64,000 nt of DNA from Bacteroidales bacterium Bact_19 (GTDB lineage: Bacteria > Bacteroidota > Bacteroidia > Bacteroidales > ML635J-15). Below the pieces are notes generated by a model. That model was not told where the DNA came from, searched no databases, and saw only the letters and a program-made list of their open reading frames with translations. Below are positions 1-9,425 of this stretch, piece by piece (position 1 is the first letter of the stretch; each line of letters begins with the position of its first letter). Made by a program: the position numbers and the translations under genes. The stretch lies in the NCBI GenBank assembly GCA_001603595.1, contig LUZK01000016.1, forward strand, positions 20,408-84,407, written 5' to 3'.

Positions 1-1772
1 AAACAGGGGAAACTTTCAAGTTGCCTGTTACCGTTTTTGCTATGAAACCCGATGTAAAGAATGTAAATATTTCGGTAAAAACTAACGGAATACTCTCTAT
101 AAACGGAGCATCAGCAAAATCTTTGACTTTCAACAAAGAAGGAGAAAAATATGTTGACTTTGAATTATCTGCAACCGACAAAACAGGTGTTGCAACAATT
201 GAAATTACTGCCGTTAGCGGAAATAATATCTCTAAATATAATATCGAAATGGATGTAAATTATCCAAATACATATCAAACCAAAGTAATTGACAAAACCA
301 CAGGGAATTTCGAATTATCATTTAATTACGTTCCGGAATTTATTAAAGGAACAAACGAAATTTACCTTGAAATTTATAATATTCCGCCGTTGAATCTTGA
401 AAAGAGGATTCAATATTTAACTTCTTATCCTCATGGATGTTTAGAACAAAAAATTTCAGGAGCATTTCCGCAATTATATTTATCGGAATTTATTGAACTA
501 ACAAACGAACAAAAAGAAAAAATCAAAGATAACATCATTAGTACTTTAAATCTATTACAGAGATTTCAATTGCCAAACGGAGGTTTTGCATATTGGCCAG
601 GAAGTAATAATGTTTCGGAATGGGCAACCAACTATACCGGCCATTTTATCATTGAAGCAGAAAAAGCAGGATATCAAATTCCAGGAAATTTAAAATCACA
701 ATGGATCAAATATCAATCAGAAAAATCTTCAAAGTGGACAAATGATGGTCCAACATCTCAACTAATTCAGGCATACAGGCTTTATACTCTGGCTCTTGCA
801 GGAAGCCCTGACAGAAGTGCAATGAACCGTCTAAAAGAAAGTAAAATTTCAAACGAAGCTGCATGGAGGCTGGCTCTTACATACTCTATTACCGGTAAAA
901 CAAATATTGCCAAAGAAATTATTTCAAAGCTTAATACTAATATAAAAAAATATTTTGAATTAGGTGAAACTTTTGGCAGCGATACTCGTGATAAGGCTAT
1001 GATTCTGGAAACTCTTACAGAACTTGGAGAAAAAGAAAAAGCATTTAATATGCTAATTGATGTTGCTTCCGTAATAGGTTCTGAAACTTATGCAAGCACT
1101 CAAACAACTGCATACAGTCTAATTGCTGCAGCAAAATTTGTAAAGAAATACGGTAAAAACGAAAAAATTAATCTAGAGTACAAAATCAACGGAAATAAAT
1201 ACACAATTAATTCGAATAAACCTGTATTTAAAACAAAATTAAACATATCAGAAAAGACCAAAACAGAATTTAATTTTATGCCAACAGATAATACATATTT
1301 TGTAAGACTTACAAATCGAGGAATTCCGGCAGCAGGCGAAGAGTTTGTAAGTAATTTTAATATTGCTATGCAGGTATATTACACTAACCTTAACGGTGAA
1401 AATATTGATGTTACTAATTTACAACAAGGTACGGATTTCATTGCTACAGTAGTTTTGTCAAACACTTCGCTGTATAACATCCTTGAAAATGTTGCACTAA
1501 CACAAATGTTCCCCTCTGGTTGGGAAATTATTAATTCCAGACTGTTTGAGAATAATTTAGGAATGGATTCCTATTATGATTACAGAGATATTCGTGACGA
1601 CAGAATATTAACCTACTTTAATATTTACAAAAATAGAAGTTATACTTTTAGAGTTATGTTAAATGCAAGTTATGAAGGAAAATTTTATTTGCCTGCTACA
1701 TATTGCGAAACTATGTACGATAATAATAACTTTGCATCTACAAAGGGCAATTGGATAAATGTGATAAAATAA
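1..1772 (+). CDS. alpha-2-macroglobulin family protein, C-terminal part (5' end lies outside the window)
   Basis: The frame is open from nt 3; the track 'M' at 21 is a TTG inside an open frame. The thioester motif GCLEQ is encoded at 435-449. The region after it looks like a thioester domain plus C-terminal domain, as in bacterial A2M. Confidence 0.85.
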   Translation, partial: TGETFKLPVTVFAMKPDVKNVNISVKTNGILSINGASAKSLTFNKEGEKYVDFELSATDKTGVATIEITAVSGNNISKYNIEMDVNYPNTYQTKVIDKTTGNFELSFNYVPEFIKGTNEIYLEIYNIPPLNLEKRIQYLTSYPHGCLEQKISGAFPQLYLSEFIELTNEQKEKIKDNIISTLNLLQRFQLPNGGFAYWPGSNNVSEWATNYTGHFIIEAEKAGYQIPGNLKSQWIKYQSEKSSKWTNDGPTSQLIQAYRLYTLALAGSPDRSAMNRLKESKISNEAAWRLALTYSITGKTNIAKEIISKLNTNIKKYFELGETFGSDTRDKAMILETLTELGEKEKAFNMLIDVASVIGSETYASTQTTAYSLIAAAKFVKKYGKNEKINLEYKINGNKYTINSNKPVFKTKLNISEKTKTEFNFMPTDNTYFVRLTNRGIPAAGEEFVSNFNIAMQVYYTNLNGENIDVTNLQQGTDFIATVVLSNTSLYNILENVALTQMFPSGWEIINSRLFENNLGMDSYYDYRDIRDDRILTYFNIYKNRSYTFRVMLNASYEGKFYLPATYCETMYDNNNFASTKGNWINVIK

Positions 1773-1799
1773 AAATAAGTAAACTTAAAAACTTAAACT

Positions 1800-2321
1800 A
1801 TGAGAAAAAATGTTTTTAAATTGATTGCTTTCAGTTTAATGATATTTTTTGCAGTTGCATCATGCAAAAAGTATGAAGAAGGACCTTCTTTCACATTGTT
1901 ATCTGTAAACAAAAGACTTATTGGGACATGGGAATTAAAACAAGCTAATGTTAATGGAAATGAAATAAACATTAATGAATTTTTGAATTCAGCTTTAACC
2001 TTTATTCCTGACACAATAGATATTGATGTAGATAGCATCACAATAAATTACATTCGCACAAAACTGAATAAAGATAACACAGGATTAATTACATTTTCGG
2101 GGAATGTTAATATGAACGGATTTAATTTACCATTTAACCAATCCCAACAAATTACATGGCAACTCGACGATGAAAAAGAAAAAATAACTGTAACAGTAAA
2201 TAATGAAACTTTGGAATCAGAGATCATCAAACTCACTAAAAAAGAACTATGGTTAAGAAATATTGAATCAACAAATGGAGAAACCACAATAACTATTTCT
2301 AAGTATGAAAAGATTGAATAA
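1800..2321 (+). CDS. hypothetical lipoprotein
   Basis: Signal peptide ends in a lipobox-like AVASC. The gene starts 27 nt after the A2M stop. No family recognised. Confidence 0.55.
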   Translation: MRKNVFKLIAFSLMIFFAVASCKKYEEGPSFTLLSVNKRLIGTWELKQANVNGNEININEFLNSALTFIPDTIDIDVDSITINYIRTKLNKDNTGLITFSGNVNMNGFNLPFNQSQQITWQLDDEKEKITVTVNNETLESEIIKLTKKELWLRNIESTNGETTITISKYEKIE

Positions 2322-5151
2322 CGTATTTATATTTTACATAAGCATTTTTATTTCAAGCTCTATCTATTGTCAGACTTTAAACTTAAATGCTTATGATGTT
2401 GAAGCATCCAAATATTTTTGTGATGTAAATATTGTTGATGGGGGAATTTTGCTTACTGATAATTACTACAATAATTTATATTTTCTAAAGGATGGTGAAT
2501 TCAAAACAATTCAAACTTCACCTGGTTGTGGTAGATATTACAGCATTTCCCATGACAGAAAAACAATAGGATTTAAAATCATCGGTAAAGAAGGTCAAAC
2601 TCCTGCAATATTTAGTTTTGAACAAAATAAACTAATAAAACTTGATGAACCTCAAAAATATTGCGGACAACCGGTTTTTTCTGATAATTCGATTGCATAT
2701 ACAGTAGATAACACTTTACACATTTTATCAAAAAATAATCATAGAGTTTATGTCCTTGAAAATTATTCTAATTACATTTCGATTTCAAATGATGAAAGAT
2801 TTGTAGCTTATGATGTTGATGGTGTTATTTACCTTAAAGATCTAAATAATGATAAGTCAAGAATAATTTCAGAAAGAAATAAAAATTCATCTTATCCTAG
2901 ATTTTCTCCTGACGGTAAAAAATTGCTGTACCAATCGGATTATATTTATGTTTTTGAAATTGAAACTCAAAAAACATTTCAATTACCTTATGGATTATAT
3001 CCACAATGGTCACCAGACAGTGAAAAAATAATATTTTATTTAACAAAAACAAACGGAGATTATCTTCAAAACTCTGATATTTTTATTGTTGACTACAAAT
3101 CAGGAGTTTTTTCAAACATTACAAACACTGTAGATATTGCTGAAATGCAAGCTGTCTTTATCGGTGAAAATGAAATCATCTATCACACTTATAATTCAAA
3201 AAAGATATATAAGCAAAATATTATTTCAGGAGAAATTCAGGAGATAAATATTCCTGAATTTGAAATTAAAGAAATATCAAATCATACAATTGATACAAAA
3301 GCAGAGGTTTTGATTCCGGGCGAAGTGCCATATACACATCAAGTGTATGATACTCCAGATTCACATTATGGTTATGGTTCTTGTGCTCCCACTTGTGCAA
3401 TTATGGCTATTTCGTATTATAACAGACTGCCTAAATGGCCGGTAAGTGTCACAAAACTTTATCCTCATATAAGTAATTATGGAAATTACGTTTGTACAAA
3501 ATATAGGTTTAACGAGTATTATTTCGAAAATTCTGCAACAACTTCCGGAGGCGATGTTGCATACGGAGGTTATGGATATATGTGGGGATTAGGTTCTCCG
3601 AATTCAAAAATGAGAAATTATATTGAATTGCATTATTTTGAATCTACACAGGCTTGGAATAGTTCTGTTACTTGGAATTCTGTTACAAATGAAATTGATA
3701 ATCATTACCCACTTCCCATGTGCGCCATGCTTACAAGTGCAGGTCATTTGATATTAACTAAAGGTTACGTTGTAGGACAACGAACTTTAATATTCAGTGA
3801 GCCATATGGAGATAAGAACACCCCTAGTTGGCCAAGTTACGACGGACATAAGGTTTATTACGATTGGCCCGGATATAACAATGGTTTTCAAAATCTTGAC
3901 TATAACGGAAGTTATGGTGTAATTGCATGGACTGTTACTGCACATACCCAAGAAGTAGAATATAATGACACAATTATTGATGATATATTTTTTCATCATG
4001 GATTTGAAATGAACAATAGTGAAGCAGGAAGTACGATGAGATATTACAGAGACGTTAACGGCGGATATAATAATCATTACTGGTGGACAGGGTCAATGAC
4101 AGCATCAAATGATATTTGTTGGGTTACATGGAAACCAAATTTATCAGAGGAGGGCTATTACAAAATCTCTGCTTTTATACCATCCGATAATGCTACTGCC
4201 CAAAATGCTCACTATCGCATTTATCATGAAGATACTTGCACTATCGTTATTAAAAACCAAGGAGAATATCACAATGAATGGACAGAACTAGGAGATTTTA
4301 AATTTATTCCGGGAAAAGATTTTTATGTTTACCTTGGGGATTCAACAGGCTATGCCTCACAACCTATGGCTTTTGATGCTGTGAAGTTCGAAAGAATAAA
4401 TCCTCCTATAGCACAGTTTACAGTTGATGGTTATGATTTTTGTACTAATCAAGAAATTCATATAATAAACAATTCTACTAACTATTTAGATTGTGAATGG
4501 ATATTTCCTGAAGTATCTCAAATTGCAGGCACTTCTACTGAACCTATCGTAATATATGATACTCCGGGAATCTACAATGCAACTTTAATAGTACACGGGT
4601 TATACGAATCAGACACTTTAGAATTAAATAATTTTATAAAAATTCATGAACAGCCCTATGCATATTTTAGTGTTCTTAATCATGATTTATATTTACCTGA
4701 AAGTATTGCTATTTTTAGTAATCTTTCGCTGAATGCCGATGCATATCTTTGGAATTTTGGTAACGGTTCGACATCCATGGATATAAATCCATACTGCATT
4801 TATACTGAATCTGGAGAATATCAAGTCAGTTTAACTGCTTATAATCAAGGTTGTGCCCCTAATACATATATTGATGAAAATCCCATTATTGTCCACATTC
4901 CAACTTCAAATGATTATTCAGACTTTAACTTTTGCAAAATATATCCTAATCCTTGCAACGGAATACTAAAAATTGATAACAACTCTGAAATAGATAAATT
5001 AACTATTTTATCCATTGATGGAAAAGTATTATTTTCTACAGTAAAACCTGAAAATGAACTCATTCTTAATTTTCTCGACAATTCTATCTATTTCCTAATG
5101 ATTGAAAAAGGAGAAAATATTCAAATCTTAAAGTTCATATTAGAGAAATAA
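2305..5151 (+). CDS. T9SS-secreted multidomain protein: TolB-like beta-propeller, C39-like cysteine peptidase domain, PKD domains and a type A C-terminal sorting domain
   Basis: Signal peptide present. PD40/TolB-like repeats (YPRFSPDGKKLLY, YPQWSPDSEKIIF). YTHQ...GSCAPTCAIMAISYY...AGHLILTKGY resembles the Gln/Cys/His of Peptidase_C39_2. PKD-like modules (WNFGNGSTS). C-terminal KIYPNPCNGILKI...YFLMIE is a Por-tail. The start overlaps the upstream gene by 17 nt. Confidence 0.8.
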   Translation: MKRLNNVFIFYISIFISSSIYCQTLNLNAYDVEASKYFCDVNIVDGGILLTDNYYNNLYFLKDGEFKTIQTSPGCGRYYSISHDRKTIGFKIIGKEGQTPAIFSFEQNKLIKLDEPQKYCGQPVFSDNSIAYTVDNTLHILSKNNHRVYVLENYSNYISISNDERFVAYDVDGVIYLKDLNNDKSRIISERNKNSSYPRFSPDGKKLLYQSDYIYVFEIETQKTFQLPYGLYPQWSPDSEKIIFYLTKTNGDYLQNSDIFIVDYKSGVFSNITNTVDIAEMQAVFIGENEIIYHTYNSKKIYKQNIISGEIQEINIPEFEIKEISNHTIDTKAEVLIPGEVPYTHQVYDTPDSHYGYGSCAPTCAIMAISYYNRLPKWPVSVTKLYPHISNYGNYVCTKYRFNEYYFENSATTSGGDVAYGGYGYMWGLGSPNSKMRNYIELHYFESTQAWNSSVTWNSVTNEIDNHYPLPMCAMLTSAGHLILTKGYVVGQRTLIFSEPYGDKNTPSWPSYDGHKVYYDWPGYNNGFQNLDYNGSYGVIAWTVTAHTQEVEYNDTIIDDIFFHHGFEMNNSEAGSTMRYYRDVNGGYNNHYWWTGSMTASNDICWVTWKPNLSEEGYYKISAFIPSDNATAQNAHYRIYHEDTCTIVIKNQGEYHNEWTELGDFKFIPGKDFYVYLGDSTGYASQPMAFDAVKFERINPPIAQFTVDGYDFCTNQEIHIINNSTNYLDCEWIFPEVSQIAGTSTEPIVIYDTPGIYNATLIVHGLYESDTLELNNFIKIHEQPYAYFSVLNHDLYLPESIAIFSNLSLNADAYLWNFGNGSTSMDINPYCIYTESGEYQVSLTAYNQGCAPNTYIDENPIIVHIPTSNDYSDFNFCKIYPNPCNGILKIDNNSEIDKLTILSIDGKVLFSTVKPENELILNFLDNSIYFLMIEKGENIQILKFILEK

Positions 5152-5155
5152 AAAA

Positions 5156-6262
5156 CTATTTTGAAAAAAAACTTAAAATATTTTCACATACATATTTGAT
5201 TTGTTCTTCTGTCATGCCGGGGAAAATTGGTAATGATAGAATTCTAGAAGAAAAATTTATGGCATTTGGAAAAAGAATTTCTTTGTTTACATAAGAATCT
5301 TTATAAACAGATATAAAAGGTAATGGAATAGGATAATGAATCCCTGTTGCGATACCTTTTTCGGTGAGAAAATTTCTTAGATTTTGCCTGTCTTCTGCAA
5401 GAATGACAAATAAATGGAATGTATGAACTGAGTTTGGTTTTATTTTTGGCAAGATAATTTTTTCACAATCTCCCAAATATTTTTGATACATGTCGGCAAT
5501 CATTTTGCGTTTTGTATTCCAATCATCAATATATCTTAATTTTACGTTTAATGCAACGGCCTGAAAAGGATTCATTCTGCAATTGAATCCAATCATCACG
5601 TGGTTTGATTTTCCGGCTTCGCCATGATTACGAATGAGCCTGCAACGTTCTGCCAAAATATCATCATTTGTTACAATGCTTCCGGCATCACCAAAAGCAC
5701 CGAGATTTTTTCCAGGATAAAAAGAAAATGTAGCTATATCGCCATAAGTGCCACAATATTTCCCTCCATTTTTGGAAAAGTGAGCCTGTGAACAATCTTC
5801 AAGCAATAAAAGATTATGTTTTTTACAAATCGCTGATATTTTTTGTATTTCACAAGCCTGCCCATAAAGATGCACAGCCATTATCATTCTTGTTTTTGGG
5901 CTGATGGCTTTTTCTATTTTTGTAATATCAATATTAAAATATTCATCATTATCAACAAAAACCGGAATAGCTCCGCACATTTCAACCGCTTCGGCACAGG
6001 CAAAAAAAGTATTTGCAGGTAAAATTACTTCATCTCCAATCCCAATTCGGCATGCTTTCATTGCAACCCATAATGCAATAGTGCCATTACTGACTCCAAT
6101 ACAATGTTTTGTTCCTAATTTTTCGGCAAATGTTTTTTCAAATTCTTCAACATATTTTCCACCTACAAAAGCAGAATTATCAATAATATCCGAAAAATTA
6201 CTCAAAATTTCTTCTTTTATAGGATTATGGATTAATTTAAGGTTATTAAATGGTATATTCAT
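5156..6262 (-). CDS. DegT/DnrJ/EryC1/StrS family PLP-dependent sugar aminotransferase
   Basis: 368-aa full-length ORF with family-typical layout, including the PLP-lysine region FYPGKNLGAFGDAG. Confidence 0.9.
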   Translation of the reverse strand: MNIPFNNLKLIHNPIKEEILSNFSDIIDNSAFVGGKYVEEFEKTFAEKLGTKHCIGVSNGTIALWVAMKACRIGIGDEVILPANTFFACAEAVEMCGAIPVFVDNDEYFNIDITKIEKAISPKTRMIMAVHLYGQACEIQKISAICKKHNLLLLEDCSQAHFSKNGGKYCGTYGDIATFSFYPGKNLGAFGDAGSIVTNDDILAERCRLIRNHGEAGKSNHVMIGFNCRMNPFQAVALNVKLRYIDDWNTKRKMIADMYQKYLGDCEKIILPKIKPNSVHTFHLFVILAEDRQNLRNFLTEKGIATGIHYPIPLPFISVYKDSYVNKEILFPNAINFSSRILSLPIFPGMTEEQIKYVCENILSFFSK

Positions 6263-6326
6263 AAATTGATTAAAAATTTTTTAACAATAATAATTTTTTT
6301 ATTTTTACGAAACAAAAGTTTTCATT

Positions 6327-7325
6327 ATGAACATAGCATTAATTGGATACGGATATTGGGGACCTAATCTTGCTCGAAACATAAACCAACATCCAGTAAT
6401 GGATTTATATTATATTTGCGATAACAATGAAAATAGAATATCTGAAGCAAAAAAACTGTACCCACACACTCTCTTAACACACAATACTGATGACATTATC
6501 AATGATGAAAATGTTCATTGTGTGGTTATTGCCACAAATCCAAGTCAACATTATAAGCTAGCTAAACAATCGTTACTTTCCGGCAAACATGTTTTGGTTG
6601 AAAAACCTATGGCTCTTAGTTTTAAAGAAACTGATGAATTAATAAACATAGCTGTCTCAAATAAATTGATAATTTTTTCGGACTTTACATTTCTTTATAA
6701 TGGTGCAATTAAAAAAATTGATAAAATTATTAAATCCGGAGATTTGGGAAGGATTTTATACATAGATGCTACCAGAATAAATTTAGGCATATTTCAGAAT
6801 GATGTAAATGTTCTTGGGGATTTGGCAACACATGATTTATCAGTCATTTTGTCGTTTATAGAAGAAAAACCTGTTGCTGTGAGTGCTGTTGGACGATGTC
6901 ACATCAAAAAAGACATTGAAAATTTAGCATATCTGACATTGTTTTACAATTCAGATTTAATTGTTCATATACATTGTAGTTGGTCAGCTCCGGTAAAGAT
7001 TAGACAAATGATTATCGGAGGCGACAAAAAAATGTTAATATACAACGACATTGAACCATCAGAAAAAATAAAGGTTTACGATTCAGGCATCACTTTCAAC
7101 TATGAAGAAAAAGAGAGTATTCTTATTGATTACCGACGAGGAGATGTGTTTGTACCAAAATATGATACAACAGAGCCTTTAAAAATAATGATTGATAAAT
7201 TTGCCAATTGCGTAATAAAAAATCAACAAGACATTAAAAATATTCAAATAAGTCTAAAAATCGCTCAAATCCTTGATAAAGCTAAATTATCATTACAAAA
7301 CCAGGGGAAAACAATTTTATTGTGA
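6327..7325 (+). CDS. Gfo/Idh/MocA family NAD(P)-dependent sugar oxidoreductase
   Basis: N-terminal Rossmann motif MNIALIGYGYWGPN and the EKP motif (VLVEKPMA). Divergent from the DegT gene across a 64-bp spacer. Confidence 0.85.
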   Translation: MNIALIGYGYWGPNLARNINQHPVMDLYYICDNNENRISEAKKLYPHTLLTHNTDDIINDENVHCVVIATNPSQHYKLAKQSLLSGKHVLVEKPMALSFKETDELINIAVSNKLIIFSDFTFLYNGAIKKIDKIIKSGDLGRILYIDATRINLGIFQNDVNVLGDLATHDLSVILSFIEEKPVAVSAVGRCHIKKDIENLAYLTLFYNSDLIVHIHCSWSAPVKIRQMIIGGDKKMLIYNDIEPSEKIKVYDSGITFNYEEKESILIDYRRGDVFVPKYDTTEPLKIMIDKFANCVIKNQQDIKNIQISLKIAQILDKAKLSLQNQGKTILL

Positions 7326-8014
7326 TGCAATCGTGGTCTATTATTATATTCGTTTATAACGAACAAGACGCAATAAAAAGCGTTATTGAATCCTCGTTGA
7401 GAGTCCTAAATAAACTAAACCAAGAAAAATCAGAGCTTATAATTGTCAATGATGGCAGCATTGATAATACTCTAAAAATTATTCAAAATTTTGACGATAA
7501 AAGAATTAGAATAATAAATCACACAAAAAACAAAGGAATTGGCGAAGCATTACTATCAGGGTACAAAGCTGCTCAATATGAAAATATTTGTGCCATACCA
7601 GGAGATGGGCAGTTTAATCCCGAAGAATTAATTCCTTTTGCTGAATTTGATAATAATACTTTTATATCATTTTACAGAACACAAAAGACTCGCTATACAG
7701 TTTTTCGGAAGATTTTAAGTCTTTTCAATAGAATTCTAAACAGATATTTTCTTAATATTAAGATTAGAGATGTTAATTGGGTGAAAATTTATAAAAAACA
7801 ATTCTTTGACAAAATTACTCCTGTACTTACAAGTTCACTGGTTGAAAGTGAGATTTGTGCAAAAATGATACGTTCCGGTTTCAAAATTATCGAAGTTGAA
7901 TCCACTTACCACCCACGGCAGGGCGGTGTTTCTAAAGGAGCATCGTTAAAAACAATTTTCTTGGTACTACGCGAAACCATTAAACTTTACATTGCTTTAC
8001 AAAAAAATGGATAA
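7325..8014 (+). CDS. family 2 glycosyltransferase, small polyprenyl-phosphate sugar transferase-like class (ArnC/GtrB/DPM1-like)
   Basis: IIIFVYNE...IVNDGSIDNT GT2 N-terminus, about 230 aa. The ATG at 7325 overlaps the upstream TGA (TGATG). Confidence 0.8.
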   Translation: MQSWSIIIFVYNEQDAIKSVIESSLRVLNKLNQEKSELIIVNDGSIDNTLKIIQNFDDKRIRIINHTKNKGIGEALLSGYKAAQYENICAIPGDGQFNPEELIPFAEFDNNTFISFYRTQKTRYTVFRKILSLFNRILNRYFLNIKIRDVNWVKIYKKQFFDKITPVLTSSLVESEICAKMIRSGFKIIEVESTYHPRQGGVSKGASLKTIFLVLRETIKLYIALQKNG

Positions 8015-9383
8015 ACCAAAAATATTACTAACAACTCCCCCATTAAACAAAATCGTAGAGCCATTATACGATAAACCTTCATTTGTAAGATACTCAATAG
8101 CTTCGCTAGCAGCAGTATTACTACACGAAGATATAACAAATGATTTATTGTGCATTGATGCTAAGTTTTCTCAGATTTATGAGAATGATTTATTAAAATT
8201 AATATTAGATTTTAAACCAGATATAATCGGTATAAGTTCATTCACTTATGAAATTGAAGATGCAGGAAATATTGCTGAGAAAGTAAAATCTATATTGCCT
8301 CGAACAATAATTTGTGTCGGAGGTCCTCACATTTCAGCAATTCCTGAACAATGCATGAAGGATTTTACTGGTTTTGATATTGGTTTTATCGGTGAAGCAG
8401 AAATTTCTTTTAAAGAATTTTGTCATAATTATTCTGAAAAGGGAAATTATGCGAATATTAAAGGGATTTGCTACAGAGAAATAGATAAGATTATTATAAA
8501 TCCCGAAAGAGAAAAAATAAACAATCTCGACGAACTTCCCATGCCTGCCTGGCATTTATTGCCAAAAGCAAAAGAATATTTCATCCAAACTTCTAAAGGC
8601 TGTCCATTTAATTGTAACTTTTGTTTTAATCCTAATGGAAATATTGTAAGGCAACGTTCTGCTGAAAATGTTATTAAAGAAATAGAATGGCTGATAGAAA
8701 ATATGCAGCCAAAACGAATTTCTTTCGGCGACGAAGTTTTTGGAAGTAAAAATTCAAATACTGAAAAAATTTTAGACTTAATTATTGAAAAACAGATTTA
8801 TAAAAAGGTAAAATGGGATATTCAAACTCATGTGTCATTTGTGAATGAAGAATTACTAAAAAAACTTAAAAAAGCTAAAGTTAGCAAAATCGAACTTGGT
8901 GTTGAATCCGGGAATGACGAAATACTTAAAATGATGGGCAAAGGAATTAAGAAAGAAAAAATAATTTATGCTTTTAATTTGTGTAAAAAATACAAGATAA
9001 AAACCGGAGCATTTTTAATTTTTGGACATCCCAATGAAACAAAAGAAAGTATAAATGAATCTATTAAATTTGCATGCAAATTAAATCCTACAGAACCAAT
9101 TTTTGCTTTAATGGTACCATTTCCCGGAACAAAAATCTACGAATACTATAAAAATCAGGATTACAATTATATATGTAGATCTACAAAATGGAGCGAATAC
9201 CGAAAGCAATTAAACACTGTTCTGCAACTAAAAAATATTTCAAATAAAGAACTCAGAATACTATTATTAAAAGCAAATGTTATGCTTTATTTAAAAAATT
9301 TCAGATTCTTAGGTCTGATAAAATTTGGACTATCAAATTATAAAAGTGGCATAGCTTTTTTAAAAAGTTTTTTTTTGAAATAA
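8007..9383 (+). CDS. B12-binding domain radical SAM protein (class B)
   Basis: N-terminal cobalamin-binding-like domain followed by CPFNCNFC (CxxxCxxC) encoded at 8601-8624. The ATG at 8007 overlaps the GT2 stop by 8 nt. Confidence 0.85.
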   Translation: MDKPKILLTTPPLNKIVEPLYDKPSFVRYSIASLAAVLLHEDITNDLLCIDAKFSQIYENDLLKLILDFKPDIIGISSFTYEIEDAGNIAEKVKSILPRTIICVGGPHISAIPEQCMKDFTGFDIGFIGEAEISFKEFCHNYSEKGNYANIKGICYREIDKIIINPEREKINNLDELPMPAWHLLPKAKEYFIQTSKGCPFNCNFCFNPNGNIVRQRSAENVIKEIEWLIENMQPKRISFGDEVFGSKNSNTEKILDLIIEKQIYKKVKWDIQTHVSFVNEELLKKLKKAKVSKIELGVESGNDEILKMMGKGIKKEKIIYAFNLCKKYKIKTGAFLIFGHPNETKESINESIKFACKLNPTEPIFALMVPFPGTKIYEYYKNQDYNYICRSTKWSEYRKQLNTVLQLKNISNKELRILLLKANVMLYLKNFRFLGLIKFGLSNYKSGIAFLKSFFLK

Positions 9384-9425
9384 TATGACTCTTTTTGTTT
9401 ATGTGTTTAATTTTAAAAAAATATT

